Of a stretch of 64,000 bases of DNA, positions 13,410-27,136 are shown piece by piece (the first letter of the stretch is position 1; the number at the start of each line of letters is the position of its first letter). This stretch comes from the human T2T-CHM13v2.0 reference genome, Homo sapiens: assembly GCF_009914755.1 (NCBI RefSeq), contig NC_060947.1; one strand, given 5' to 3'. Position numbers and translations under genes: made by a program. The notes beneath the pieces are model-generated. The model did no database searches. It was not told where the DNA came from and worked only from the letters and a program-made list of their open reading frames with translations.

Positions 13410-15220
13410 AACAAACAAACTGCCACTTACGCAGTCCATTGATTTTAAACAAAGCTGGCAATGCAAGTCAATGGGAAAATAATAGTCTTTTTCAACACAT
13501 GGAATTGGAAAAACTGGATACCTATATGTATAAAAATGAACTTTGATCCCTTACCCCATACTCTGCACAAGCATTAAATTAAGATTAACTGAGATTTGAC
13601 CTGAACGTAAAATCTAAAATTGTGAAGCTTTTACAATAAAACAAAGGTAGACAAAGACTCCTTCTACAAATACCTGGCACTAAACATTAAAAAATCATAA
13701 ATTGTGCTTCATCAAAAATACATCTGCTCTTCAAGATAGATGAAAAGGCAATTCACTGACTTTGAGACCAAGTATTTGTGTTCAGAATATGTAAAGGAAT
13801 TCTAAAACTCAACATAAAAAGACAAAAATAAAACAAAAACTCATGCAAAAAATAAAAAAACAAAAAATGAGCAAATTATTTGGACAAAAAGTTCCCAAAA
13901 AAGGAAATGCAAATAGCTAGCAATCACATGAAAAGATGCTCAATATTATTAGTTATCAAGGAAATAAAAAGTAAAACCATAAGATACTCATACCCATTAG
14001 AATGGCTACAGTTAAAACGACTGACAATACTAAGTTTTGATGAGGATGTGGAGCAATTGGAATGCTCATGTATTGAGGTGAGAATATAAAATGGCGCAAC
14101 CACTTTTAATAACTACCCTATGGCTCAACAATTCCACTTATAGATATACACCAAAGAGATATGAAAGCATATATTCATCCACACAAAGACCTGTACACAG
14201 ATATTCATTGTAGCATTATTCATGATAACTTCAAATGGAGCAGAACCCAAATGCTTATCAAAGGATGAATGGATAAACATACTGTTACATATTCATATAA
14301 TGACATACTACTAACAGATAAAAAAAGGAATAACTATTGTTACCTGCAACGGAAACACATATAAATCTCAGAAATAGTATGTTGTTAAATAGGCCAGATA
14401 CAAAATAGAATATGTTGCATGATTCCATTTATATAAAGTTCTAGAAGAGGCAACATGAAAGCCATGGTAATAAGAACAGCAGTTGCCTGAAGTTTTGGGG
14501 GTTGGTGATATGAGGAAATTTTCTGGAGTGATGGAAATATTCTATATCTTTATTAGGATGATGTTTTCACAGGTGAATATATTTGTGTAAACTCATCAGA
14601 ATATATAAAAAGATCCTACAACTCAAAATAAAATTTTAAAAAAACCACAAAAAGTTATTGTGATGGTTAATATTGAGTGTCAACTTGATTGGATTGAAAG
14701 GATGTAAGTATTGCTCCTGGGTGTGTCTATGAGGGTATTGTCAAAGGAGATTAATATTTGAGTCAGTGGACTGGGAGAGGCAGCCTCTTCCTCAATTTGG
14801 GTGTGCACCATCTAATCAGCTGCCAGCGTGGTAGGATAAAAGCAGGCAGAGGAACGTGAAAGGACTAGACTGGTTTAGTCTACTGGCCTACATCTTTCTC
14901 CCAGCTGGATGCTTCCTGCCCTCAAAAATCAGACTCCAAGTTCTTCAACTTTGGGAGTCAGACCTTGGAATACAGACTGAAGGCTGCACTGTTGGCTTCC
15001 CTACTTTTGAGGCTTTGGGATTGGACTGACTTCCTGGATCCTCAGCTTGCAGATGGCCTATTGTGGGACCTCACCTTGTGACCATGTGAGTCAATGCTCC
15101 TTAATAAACTCCCCTTTATATATACATCTATCCTACTACTTCTGTCCCTCTAGAGAACCTTGAGTAATGCAGTTATGCATTTTTATTAAATGTAAATTAT
15201 GCCTTAATTAAAAATAAATA
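13410..15220 (+). mobile_element. Ancient L1M 3' portion (ORF2 end and 3'UTR) interrupted by MLT2A
   Basis: ORF2 C-terminal remnant (MQIASNHMKRCSILLVIKEIKSKT); A-rich; resumes after 15176. Confidence 0.8.
14659..15171 (+). mobile_element. Solo LTR MLT2A (MLT2A2-like, ERVL)
   Basis: TGTGATGGTTAATATTGAGTGTCAACTTGATTGGATTG start; 5-bp TSD GTTAT (14654-14658, 15172-15176). Confidence 0.92.
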
Positions 15221-15327
15221 TCTTCTCAACCTCCAAAAGGAGACTTTCTGTCTGAAACTTGAGAATAAGTCTAAAGTTTTCATTTAATAATGAATTTGTA
15301 AAAGACAGGAAAATTGATTTTGGCATT

Positions 15328-15520
15328 AATTTGTTCAACAAATATCTGTTGAGCATGTCCTATGTGGCAGTGGCTGAGTGTAGGGTGTGGAGTGGGTGAA
15401 TGTAAGGAACATATAGTTCCTGGCTCCCTAGAGCTCATGGTCTAGGGGTTGGAGAGAATTGGTACATTGGGATTTTAAAGGGGGTGCCAAAGGTGGTGAT
15501 GACAAAGCTCAGGGAAGAAC
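15328..15520 (-). mobile_element. L2 3'-end fragment
   Basis: TTCAACAAATATCTGTTGAGCATGTCCTATGTGGCAG...CCCTAGAGCTCATGGTCTAG. Confidence 0.6.
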
Positions 15521-16374
15521 AACTGGAGTGGAGGGAGGGCATCAACATGGATGCTGAACCAAGCCAATGTACTGCTAAGAGTGAGGTGGAAAGTATCATG
15601 CGAACCCCAGAGCTTCAATTGTCAATACATATTGGGGTGTGACCAGTAGATTGATAGAAGACAGCAAAGAGAGAGGCGTAAATGCCAATACAGCACAATA
15701 GCATGAGTTGTCAAGAGACAGGACTTTTCAAGGTGAAAGGAAGGGAGATGGTACTGAAGCAGCAGTCATGTCTATGACCCACCCAAGCCCTAAGCGATGA
15801 CAGATAGGAACAGAGTCAGGGTCCTCAGAGGACAACCTAGTTTTAACTAAGGCAAGAAGTTGAAAAGAATATTTTAAGAAACATTTGAGGACATATTATA
15901 GTTTGCTGGCTATGGGGTAGGGTAGGGTGGAAGAGAGAGATTTGGAATAAAGGGTATGGATGGGACAAGACAAAGCAGGGCACCAGCCCTACCTTGGACC
16001 TTTCCTTAACTTGAGAAAGCTATGTCCATGTTGATTCAGCCAATCTGACTCAGGTATTATGTAACTTGAAGTTGAACCATCCCAACTGATATAAGTGGTG
16101 ATACTGAGTAACACAAATGTGCTTTCTGGATTCACACATGCATTTTTTTTACATGAAAAGTTCAAACTTCTATGTGGACATTTTTTTCAACAGTATCCTC
16201 AAGAAGTATTCATCATGCAACTCTTTCTAGGAAAGGTATTTAAAAAAGAAGAAAAATGTCATTTCTGGCCTGGAATGTCAAGACATACATCTCTTAGAGA
16301 TTTAGTTCTAATTATTATTGTAGAGTCTTGTGGGTATTTCTTATAATTTTAATTTTTACAAAAAACAAATCTGT

Positions 16375-16487
16375 TCATCCATGCATCTATGTATGTATGT
16401 ATATATGTATGTATCTATCTTCATCATCATCATAATTATCCATCTATGATCTATCTATTGTGTATCTATCTAATAATCTATCTATGC
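16375..16487. repeat. (TATG)n/(CAT)n/(TCTA)n simple repeats
   Basis: Direct reading. Confidence 0.8.
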
Positions 16488-17565
16488 AGAACTGCAAAAT
16501 TTACAGGACTGGCCCATACCGCCCTCTGCTCCCCACTTTGTCTAATCTTCAAAATCAAGTTTCTGGACACAGGGCTATGAAATGCAAAATGAAACAGCTC
16601 ATGTCCAATGGTCTGACAATCTGCTGCTCATGAAAACCTGAAACATCCAACTGAGTTTTTCATAAACATCAGCAGGTCTAGTTCTCTATCTTCAAAGAGA
16701 GTTATTTTTAATTTTATTAGGGGATACATTCTTTTTTTATAAAGAAATTATTAGGTATCAAAACACCACAATCTCTTTATGGATTCAACTAGATTATGTG
16801 TATGGGCAAAGTATTTTCAAGTTAAGAATAACATTCCTGTTCCTTGAACACTATTTTGAAAGTTTGGATTAAGGGATATTAACTTCCTTAAGACAAAACA
16901 GACTCACAGTTGAAAACCACCCACCTTCTGTATAGAAGTTGCTTAATTAATATCAATGATTTTTATTGTATTGGAACAAAATAGACTATAACTTTTTATA
17001 CGATATATATGGGTTTATTACTAAATATTCTTAAAATGAATATAATGCTATAATATTCTTATTTTGAGGTAATATATACATAGTCTGCAAAAATTAGGTT
17101 TCCTGGTGTCATTAACCACTTATGCAATTATTTTTCTGAAATGAATACACATGCTGTACATGCAGTTTTGCCTGATATAAGTTTTAAAACAATGTATATT
17201 GGAATCTTGGAACTAAAAATGAGAAAATCAGTGTCCCCTTGATGTCAATTTCAGTTTCAACTGCACTTGCTATTTTATTTTTAATTGGTTACATTATCTC
17301 TACATTGTCACAGTTGATGGTATTTGTTTTCTTCTCTGGGACCATAATTTCCACAGATTTAACCATAATGCATCCTTAAAGATTACAAGAAATCTTTTAG
17401 ACACAGCTCCTCTCAGTTGCTGAGGATCCAGCCTTTACTCATTTGTTTTCTTCATGAATATATATTTCCTGAGTTGTATGTTTGTACATAGCTATTTGTA
17501 GCCTTTGAAGTTTATGGAAGTTTGTTTGGTTGCATTCTTGGGGCACATTTTCTTTCCCTGAGGAC

Positions 17566-17981
17566 TGTTAAGGTTTGGATATTTGATCCTTCCAAAGCTC
17601 ATGTTGAAATTTAGTCCCCAATATTGGAGGCTGGGCCTAATAGAAGCTGTTTGGGTCATGGGGACAGATCCCTCCCATTGAATAGATTAATGTCCTCTCC
17701 TGATGGTGAATGAATTCTTCCTCTATTAGTTCCTGCAAGACCTGGTTGTTAAAAGAGCGGGCCACCTCCCCGGTTTCTCTCTTGCTTCCTCGCTCATGTA
17801 ATCTCTGCACATGCTGGCTTCCCCTCCTCTTCTGCCATGAGTGGGAGCAGGCTGTGGCCATCACCAGACAAAGATGCCCAATTTTGAACTTTCCAGCCAC
17901 CAGAATCATAAGCCAAATCATCCCTTTTCCTTTATAAATTATCCAGCCTCAGGTATTCTTTATAGCAACACAAAAGGGACA
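17566..17981 (+). mobile_element. MST-family MaLR solo LTR inserted in old L1/HAL1-like sequence
   Basis: TGTTAAGGTTTGGATATTTG...GGTATTCTTTATAGCAACACAAAAGGGACA; 5-bp TSD AGGAC. Confidence 0.85.
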
Positions 17982-20714
17982 AGGACTTTTTATATCTTGC
18001 CCCACTGTCTTCTAGCATTTCATGTGTCACATAAAGAAATCTTAGCCTCCTAGGTTTTTGTTTTTTTTGAATATCCACAGAATTCTTTCCATAACTTCAA
18101 ATACCAGGAATTTATTGGGATATTTGTTAATTATTCAATATAAACACAGCCTTGTAATTCTTGGGCTATTTCTGTCTGCAGATTCAAATTTCATTGTATT
18201 TCAGGAATTTCACCTTGAATTGTATCTTTGAAAATTTGTTTTCATGTTCCATTCATTTTTTAACCCATGCAAGGCATTTAGTGTTATAGATATTTGATCT
18301 CTTCCCTACCACCCCCTCCCATCCCCCTCTTTTTCTCTATCTCTGTCTTCCATCTTTTACTTTTTGTTCTTTTCCATCTCACATGCTCATTTTTTCTTCT
18401 CAAAACCATCCTTCAAATTCTTTCAGTGGTGTCTCATCTCCTTTTTGCTGCTTCTATCATGACCTTTGATTTTGGTCTCTTTTTGTGTCTCTCTCTCTGA
18501 GATTCTGAGGCTCTGCCTATTCCGTTTTTATTCTCATTTGTTTCTAATTTGTTTCCAAGACTCTGTCTGCTCCCTTTTCATTCTCATTTATTAGTAATTT
18601 ATTTCTGAGGCTTTACCCACTCACTTTTCATTCCCGTCTAACCTAATGTATTATCAGTTCTTCCTTAAAGCCTTATATTGCTTCTTTAAATTCTCATTTC
18701 AGAGAAACAATATTGTCTTTAATTGATTCCTTAGAAATAACTTTGTTCACGGTTTTTGGCTGCGTTGTGGTATACAATCTTTCCGGTTCTCATCTTCATA
18801 AATCATGTTCTGTTCTTCTTTTTTCATTTCAGCATCATTTTAAAGGCCCCCGGCTGGCTCCACCCTTTTTAAGTAGCACTGTTCCTCATCTTTTTGGACT
18901 AGAATTTTGGGCAAAGTTCTGGGGAAAGGGGAAGAGGAATGTGCTAAACAAATGGGAAGATTGGTTTCAGTCTGTTATCTCTGGGATTTTTCTCAGCTGG
19001 ACTTGGCCTGTGGGTTATCTGGTCCAGCATAGCAGGACATCTTCCAGGCTCACAAGGAGGCTGTGCATTTTACAGAACATTTTAATGTGATTATTTTACC
19101 TTGACTTATCTTCACCAGGCAGCTTTGGGCAAAGATGGCCAGGTAGCTTTTATCTTATTGACTCTTCCTTCTATCCTATGCCATGATTGAAACATGATGT
19201 AGGCTTCCAAAACCAGGACATGAACCTTGATCTTAACTTTCTAAGCATGGGATAAACACATTTCCTTTCAATGTGTGCCACCCAACCACTTTGGATAACT
19301 ATGAACTGGGTCCACTCTGCCTGAGTCACACATAGACAGACACCTTCTCTTGGAGTTCCCAAATACCTCCATCCACTTTTCATACACTTGGCTATCTTCC
19401 TGCATCTACTGTGATCCAGGGTTATAGGGGATCTGTAGCTTCATCAAAGATAACATTTGTTTGTTTCTTATTCTCTTGTTTGCTTTGGATTGGTTTCATA
19501 AAGGAAATGAGACAAAAATATACTTATACTACCATTTGAAAAGAAAAGATAAATTCCTTCTTTCAAATTCATTCCTTTTTTTTTCTTTCCAATGAATCTC
19601 ATGGGGTGAGGGGAGGACTGAAGAGAATGTCTAATCTACTCAAATCCAAAAAGTCACAGGTATAAGGCACAGAAAATTTTACCAGTATAATGATGGCAGT
19701 TTTAATGCTATATAAGGACAGACTATGCAAAAATGCTGTTAATGAGGATGAGGAGCTACAGAACAAACCTGATGAGGAACTGTAATTCTATGAGAATGAT
19801 GTATATAGCCATCATTTTTTTTCTTTAATCCAAAACAATTAGATTGCTTATATAGACAGCCACATTCAATTCTAAGCTATTTGATTGAAATGCACCAGAG
19901 GATGCAGATATATATATATCCTTTTACCTTAATTTCCATTTTATTCTTTCCCTCCCATTTTATCTGTGCTATAGAGTACATTTTTCCCACTTGAGCTCAA
20001 CATGCTGTTGTGCAGAAAGCCTTCTCTTGGGAGTTCCCAAAATGTTGGCCCAGATGAGTGGAGCAGACATTTGGCCCAGGTGAGCATAGCACATATTTAC
20101 ATGAAATATTAGGGAGCATCCATCTGGGCTATGTGACGTAGGCTGGCAATACACGAAAGAGGATTCTGATTTGTTGTATAAATCACCTTCAGAGCCCCCA
20201 ACAGTGAACACATAGGGGGTTCTTTTCATTTTCATGATGCTTAATATAATCCTTAAAAATAATTAAAATTAGGTGAAGTGTGTAGATTTCTGAGAGATTA
20301 CAGAAAGACACTAGTTTTGATACCTCTTGCTTGTAGCATTTGACTGATGTAAACAAACTAAAAGGTTTAAAAAGAACAGGGATTCTTCCCAGTAGTATAG
20401 TGCAATGGGTAGGGAAAAAAAGCTCAAAATTGATAAATAGACCAATATTATTCTCAAAACTCATACCATTGTGATTGGGAAGAAATTAATACATATTACT
20501 TAGTCACTTCATGTTACTATATACTTCTATTAAAACAGCAAAAAGGAAATTATAGGAAAAAAGTCATACATTTAAAGGATGGAAGAAAATCCTAGGTTTA
20601 CTCAGAGCTCAAGATCCCATTGGGATGAATATCGTTCTTTCCTCGGATTGTTCCTTCATTTCATTCATTCACTTATGTATGCATTTATTTATTTAGAGAT
20701 GGGGTCTATTTCTG

Positions 20715-20997
20715 TATTTATTTATTTATTGATTGATGGAGTATTGCTCTGTTGCCCAGGCTGGAGTATAGTGGCACAATCATAGCTCACTGCAGCCTTG
20801 AACTCCTGGGCTCAAGTGATGCTCCTGCATCAGCCTCCTGAGTAGCTGGGACTACAGGTGTTTGCCACCATGCCCCGCTAATTTTTAAGTTTTTTTGTAT
20901 TGATTGGGTCTCCCTATGTTGCCCAGGCTGACCTTAAACTTTTCAGCTCAGCGATCTTCTGCCCTGGCCTCCCAAAGTGCTGGGATTACAGGTGTGT
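20715..20997 (-). mobile_element. AluJ
   Basis: ATCATAGCTCACTGCAGCCTTGAACTCCTGGGCTCAAG (J diagnostics); flanking CCTTCATTTC duplication. Confidence 0.9.
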
Positions 20998-21139
20998 CCC
21001 TTCATTTCTAATGAAGGAAGGTTTTCCTTTGAATATCTCACAACAGATATTTTTAAAAGAAAGGCAGATTTGAAGCAACCATCAACAAGGTTTATTTGAA
21101 AATTAATCTGATATTTACAAGTGCATTATATAACAGAAA

Positions 21140-21530
21140 TGTTACAGACTGAATTGTGCCACGCCTACCCCAAAACTCTTATGTTGAAATCCTAACACCC
21201 AGTACCCGGAATGTGATTGTATTTGGAGATGGGTCATTAAGGAGGAAATTAAAGTAAAATGAGGTCACATGGGTGGGCCCTAATCCAATAGGACTGGTTT
21301 CCTTACAAGAAGAGGAGATGAGGACACAGACACACACAGAGAGATGACCCTGTGAGGATGCAGGGAGAAGACACCACCTACAAGCCCAGGAGAGAGGCCT
21401 CAGGAGGCACCATCCCTGCTGACACCTTGATCTCAGACCTCTAGCTTCTAGAACTGTAAGAACAATTTCTTCTGTTTAAGCATTCCCATATGTGGGACTT
21501 TGTTATGGCTGCCCAAGAAGCCTAATGGGA
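21140..21530 (+). mobile_element. MLT1A-type MaLR solo LTR
   Basis: TGTTACAGACTGAATTGTG...CCCTAATCCAATAGGACTGG...GAAGAGGAGATGAGGACACAGAC. Confidence 0.85.
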
Positions 21531-23651
21531 GTGCAAAGACTTTCTTTAAATAATGTATAACAATGTTGGTTTGGAAATGACTATCCAGTGTTGAGTTCAA
21601 AACTTTATCTTTATAGGTGCTGCTATGAGTAAGTGTCTAATTTGGGGGCATAATATTGACATTCTTCGGGAGAAATGCAGACTCCAATCAGTGCAGAAAA
21701 TGGCACAGAATGTTTAAAAATGCCCTCCAGGCCATAACATGGTTGGGTTAGGAGGAGGAATACTAACCATTCCAATCCTAAAACAGAATTTTGGGTTTCT
21801 TTCTGTGAGTTCACCACCTCTGACCTTCACAGGTAAGGGACCATCACACAGACATCTGCCATTTTCATATAACTCTCTATCCAAACAAAGGCTGAAAATT
21901 CAGCATGGAAGAACTCTCCCAGCACCCGTGGTCAGCCCCTTGGCCTGCATCCCCACCCTGGGCACTGGTGTGGGGGTGGGATTCTTTATGAACTTGGGCC
22001 CCAATTCTGCTTCCCCTGGAAAGCTGGACCCACACAACATCACCCTCATATGCAGACCCTCATGTCTGGGCACCTGTGCCTACCCGGAGCTGGGGGTCTG
22101 CTCTAGGAGCTGGTTCAGGACAGGTTACTCCCATCCAATCTGTGCCCACCACAGAAAAGAGCCAGCCAAGTGCCTGCTACTGCAGGGCTCTTCACACATG
22201 GAAAAGCTGCCCTGGGGAAGTGTCCCAGGAAAGGGCAGGGGGACAAAAAACAGTCACAGTGATTTGCCTCCAGACACTGGACACTCTTCCCTGGAGAGTA
22301 CAGGGATGCTCCTCTCCAAACCTGATCTTGCTACATTTGTGCTGCCCACAGTAGGGGCGCCACTGAGTTTTCAAAGAAGACAGCAGGCCCTGAATTGTGC
22401 AAGGAAAATAAGTGCTTGAATTTTGTAGAATGCATGCAGCGTTCTACTTTTAAGAATGGTACTGGGCTCCTCTGATATTCAAGAAAGGCCCCCGACAGCT
22501 CAGATGGTAGTTTCCTAATCCTGTCTTCCCACATGCACATTTACCTCCTCCACCCAAGAACTGAGTAACAGACATGAGTGCTCGGGACATCATGCTGTCT
22601 ACTGTCATCCCCTTCCTAAGACCCCCTCTCCCCATCTCTTGACACCCCTGTTCTTAGCTCCCTCTTTCTTTCTGGCCTGTTACACTCAACCTCTCCAGCG
22701 TCCTAACAAGTACCCACTCAAACCTACTTCCTCTCCTGCTGTGCTTCTTCTTCAAAAGTACTTTGCTTCTCATCCTCCCCTTCTTTCCTTGCCCTCTTCC
22801 CTGCTTCCCTCTTCAAAGCACTTCTCAGCTACAAATGAGAAGGAAGCGATCTGATTAAACAGGCGATGAGCAGAGTCATGTTCTGAGGGGATTTGCATTT
22901 TTAAAAGGAGATTAATGACGACGTCTCACAATGTCACCCTGGAATCTTATGCAGAGTGACAGGGGAGTGGGGATGAGCTCCGTTCAGGGCAGGAAGCGAG
23001 AGTTTGGATCTGAAGTACTTTTCAAATGCTGAAGTCATAGGAGCTTGCAGTTGCTTCCTGGGCGGGGCCATAAACAAACATCTCTTCTGCTGAGTGGGGT
23101 CTGAGAAGATAGAGGGAACGGTGACCCAGGAGCTCTGGAATTATCTGGCTGTGTTACATTTGCAGGACTGCACAAATTTAAGTGAAAAAAACATGCTTTT
23201 CGTCCACCTGGCTGGCCTCTTAGCCTGCTCTCCTCTTACTGTTCCCTCGAAGGCATCATTTTTTGAAAGAGAAATTTAAACTCTGTCCATCTCATCCCCT
23301 TTGGAAGAAAGTTAAGATTCCTTTCTGAGCTCTTTCATCATCTGGAGTTTAAAAGCTTCCCCTCCTCTGTCAACTCTCTTTGAATCCCTCATGTCACAGC
23401 AAACTTCAAAAGAGACAAATACTTTTGCATGACTCCCTGCAAGCTCCGTTTTGACCTGTAGTGACAGACCCATGTCTTGGCTTTCCTGATTGGAAAAACT
23501 TCTCAAGCTTTCTGCATTCATGATCTCTGCTTCTTCAGTGCAACCTTCTCCAGTTTGTCTCTGATCTCCAATGGTCCCTGCATTAATCCTGTCCAAGCCA
23601 CAGGTGACCCTCATATCATCTCAGCTTCTACTTCCCAGTCTCTCTCTCTCT

Positions 23652-23780
23652 CTTTTTTTTTTTTTTGAGACAGGGGTCTCACTCTGTTGCCCAGGTTGGT
23701 CTCAAACTGTTGGGCTCAAAAGATCCTCCGGCCTCATCTTCCTGAGTAGCTGGTAGGGGTGTGAGCCCTTCTGCTTGGTC
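23652..23780 (-). mobile_element. FLAM/Alu monomer within L2-like sequence
   Basis: T-tail followed by GAGACAGGGGTCTCACTCTGTTGCCCAGGTTGGTCTCAAAC; monomer length. Confidence 0.8.
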
Positions 23781-24982
23781 TCCAGTCCTTTGCTTTTCCT
23801 TTTTGACCTGTACAACATTTGGTGGTTGACGTCCATGTTCATGTAATTGTCTTCTCTGGTTTGTCGGGGCCACCATGCATTCCCTTCTCCCTCTTTTCAT
23901 TTATTATCTTTTCATCTAGTAAGACCCATCTTCCCCTAAAGATGTATATCTTCCTCAAGGCAAAGATTGGCTTACCTTCACAAACTGAGTCTCCAATGAC
24001 AACATAAACTGAAATGCAATATAAATCATGGACAGAAGTGAGCTCATCTTCTACTTCCTGTGTCCTCTGCTGGTTCTTCTCACCAACGTCACGTATTGCT
24101 AAGTAAGCGAGTGATGTTAAGTTAGAAAATGGACTGAGTCCATTAATTCATTTGGCATGCTCCAAAGTCCTCACCTGAGATCTATCTACTCTCCAAATTA
24201 CACTTGTTAGAAATACAGGAAGATCCTTTTCACATGAGCTAATTAGGGTGAATACAAGTAAGTGTTGGTAAGAAGTACTAGAAACACTGGAATTTGTGAG
24301 ATTTCATTGAAGAACCAACTTCCACCCAGCCCTTCACATTGTTCTCTTTTGGTAGTTTCTTGTCATTTCCTCCTTTTGTTATCAATAGAGCTGCTGTGAA
24401 CATGCATGTACAAGTTTCTGGGTGGACATATGTTTTCATTTTTTGGGGGGGGTAGACATCAAAGAGTAGAATTGCTGGGTTGTATGATGAATCTGTGTTC
24501 TAATTTTTCAGAAACTGGACTTCTACTGCTTCCTGATTTCACCTTCCATGCCATTTCTGCAGTGAGGCCCACTCCTTGGCCTTACAAGACCTGAATTAAG
24601 TTAGGTGCCCAGAGCCGTTCTGTCATTGACTCTGTTCTTTCCCTTGCTAGCCTGTGTAATAATTGGCAATCAGACCTTTAAGTGAGCAGTGGTTTCATAT
24701 GTCTCCCCAACTATATTACAAGTTCCACGGGGGCAGGGCTATGTCTATCTCCTTGACCTCTGTATTTGCGATGCCTGGCAGAGGGCTGTGAACACCGGCC
24801 ACCCTCCATAAACAGTGGGAGACAAACAAGGGAGTCAGTAGAGTTAGTTTTTGCTTTTTTACCCCCAGAACTCTTAGAATATGATTTGAGCTATTCCTTC
24901 AAGAAGTCCTGGGGCAGGTGATCATTCACAGATGACATGAGGGAGTGCACAGCACGTGAGTTTACAGGAAAATGCAAAACCC

Positions 24983-25379
24983 ACGTTGAAATTTGATCCC
25001 CAATGTTGGAGATGGGGATTTATAGGGGGGTGTTTGGGTCATGGAGGCAGATCCCTCATGAATGGCTTGGTGCTGCCCTCATGGTAATGAGTGGGTTCTC
25101 TATTCAATCCTACAAGAGCTGATTGTTAGAAAGAGCCTGGCACCTTCCTCTCCTCTTTCTCTTGCTTCTTCTCTCTCACCATGTCATCTGTGCACACAGC
25201 AGCTCCCCTTCCCGTTCCACCATGAGTGGAAGCTCCCTGAGGCCTCACCAGAAGCAGATGCTGGTGCAATGCTTCTTGTACAGCCTGCAGAACTGTGAGC
25301 CAAATAAACCTCTTTTTTTAATAAATTATCCAGCCTCACTCAGGTATTCCTTTATAGCAATGCAAAACTGATTAAGACA
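24983..25379 (+). mobile_element. MSTB-like MaLR LTR (5' truncated)
   Basis: GTTGAAATTTGATCCCCAATGTTGGAG...CAGAAGCAGATGCTGGTGC...ATTAAGACA. Confidence 0.85.
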
Positions 25380-26789
25380 GGGTATCAGGAGACCTAGCTT
25401 TGCCTGAATCTGAGAACTTCATCAGGACTCTTGGAACAATTTAGCCCACAGGTCCAAGGCTGATTTTTGTCACAGTGAAGTTCAAGTAGTAAGAATTCTC
25501 ACTGGTGGCTGTTGAGGGTGGTGGTGGTGGGGATGGGTTATATGGAGAATTAGCAGTGGGAGACAAGAAATTAAAGTGGAGAAAGGGAAGAATTAAAAGT
25601 CAAAAACAGTGTGAGGGAGGAAAGCAATGGATATAACACCTCGGATCTTTATCCTTGAGAGGCCTTAAAAAATCTACTTAATAATAATCAGATGCTATTC
25701 TATAAGAACTTTGAGACTAGACATGTGATGACTTTTAGGAACCTGCACTGTGGCTGAAAATGCATGCAAATCTAACTGACTCAGATCCAGTCTTAACTGG
25801 CTCATAACTTGCTTCATAAACATGACTGTATGTTAGCAAGGAAATGAGAGAGAATAACAGCACATCACATAGGCATGAAAAGTATTTGCAAAGCAGCAGT
25901 TCTCAAAAATGACATTTTGCAGTGTTTTCCAGAAGCAGATTCAGAAAACTGAAGACCAAAGTAATGAGGGAGCCGTTTCATGCCTAGATGAGCAGAAGCA
26001 TACCAAAGGCTTAGTATTTCCCCAAGTAGTAGGCATCTCAAACTTATTTAAGGAAAATACTCTTGATGAAACAGATACTGCAGTTGAAGCAGGAATGTGT
26101 TTGGTGTGCTGCCTTAAATAGCATGGGTAGATGTTCAAACATGTTAGGACTCACTGGCCCTAGGAAAGACCCGCAAGTATCTGGTCTACACCAGGAAAGT
26201 GACAATGAAACACCAAACACCTTTTCTCCTCTAATTACCAAGAAAAGTATTTCTTTCCCAATGGTTGAAGACAATAATGTTGGGAATGATGAAGTTTTCT
26301 GGAGTGTGAAGTGGATATGTCTTATAAGTTTAATCCATAGCTTCACCACTTCATAAGTGGATAATCGAATTGTGCCCCAGTTTCCTCAGACTTGGGGATA
26401 TTAAGAGTACCCTCAGTCACCACAAGGTGGGTACCAACATAAGAAAAGAGTGTAGCAAAAGCCCAGGGGCGCATGTTCTTAAAGTGCCTAGTGTGGGATT
26501 AGAATGACAAGTGGTAGGTGACCTACTTGTGCAGAAATTTAGAGTTATTTTGTCATTTTCAAATGATCATCAGCATATGAGAATACTTTATACTAACTGT
26601 TTCCTGTGAGTTTTCCCTATTTCAGCAACTATCTCGTCTGTGCCTTTCTTTGCTAGGTAAGCACTTTTCTATTGGTTGGTGGGCTTAGCAGCTCTTGGTT
26701 TTGCCTTCATGGGAGACAAATAGCATGCACCCGAGTAGTGGTAAAGGAATGGTACCCTTCAGGGTGTTCTGTCCTGGGCCTGACAGATC

Positions 26790-27136
26790 CCCTGTGGTTT
26801 CGCTCTGTGTCCCCCCCCAAATCTCATCTCAAACTGTAATCCCCACATGGGATTGGTGGGAGGTGACTGGATCATGGGGGTGGTTTCCCCCATGCTGTTC
26901 TCATGACAGTGAGGGAGTTCTCATGAGAGCCAATGGTTTTAAGTCTGGCACTTCGCTCTTTCAGTCTCTGTCCTGCTGACTGTGAAGAAGGTACTTGCTT
27001 CTCCTTCCAGCATGATTGTAAGTTTCCTGTGGCCTCCCCAGCCACACAAAGCTGTGAGTCAATTAAACCTCTTTCCTTTATAAGTTGCCCAGTCTCAGGC
27101 AGTATCTTTTTAGCAGTGTGAAAACAGACCAATACA
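26790..27136 (+). mobile_element. THE1C/D-like MaLR LTR
   Basis: CAAATCTCATCTCAAACTGTAATCCCCAC...CATGATTGTAAGTTTCCTG...AATACA. Confidence 0.85.
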
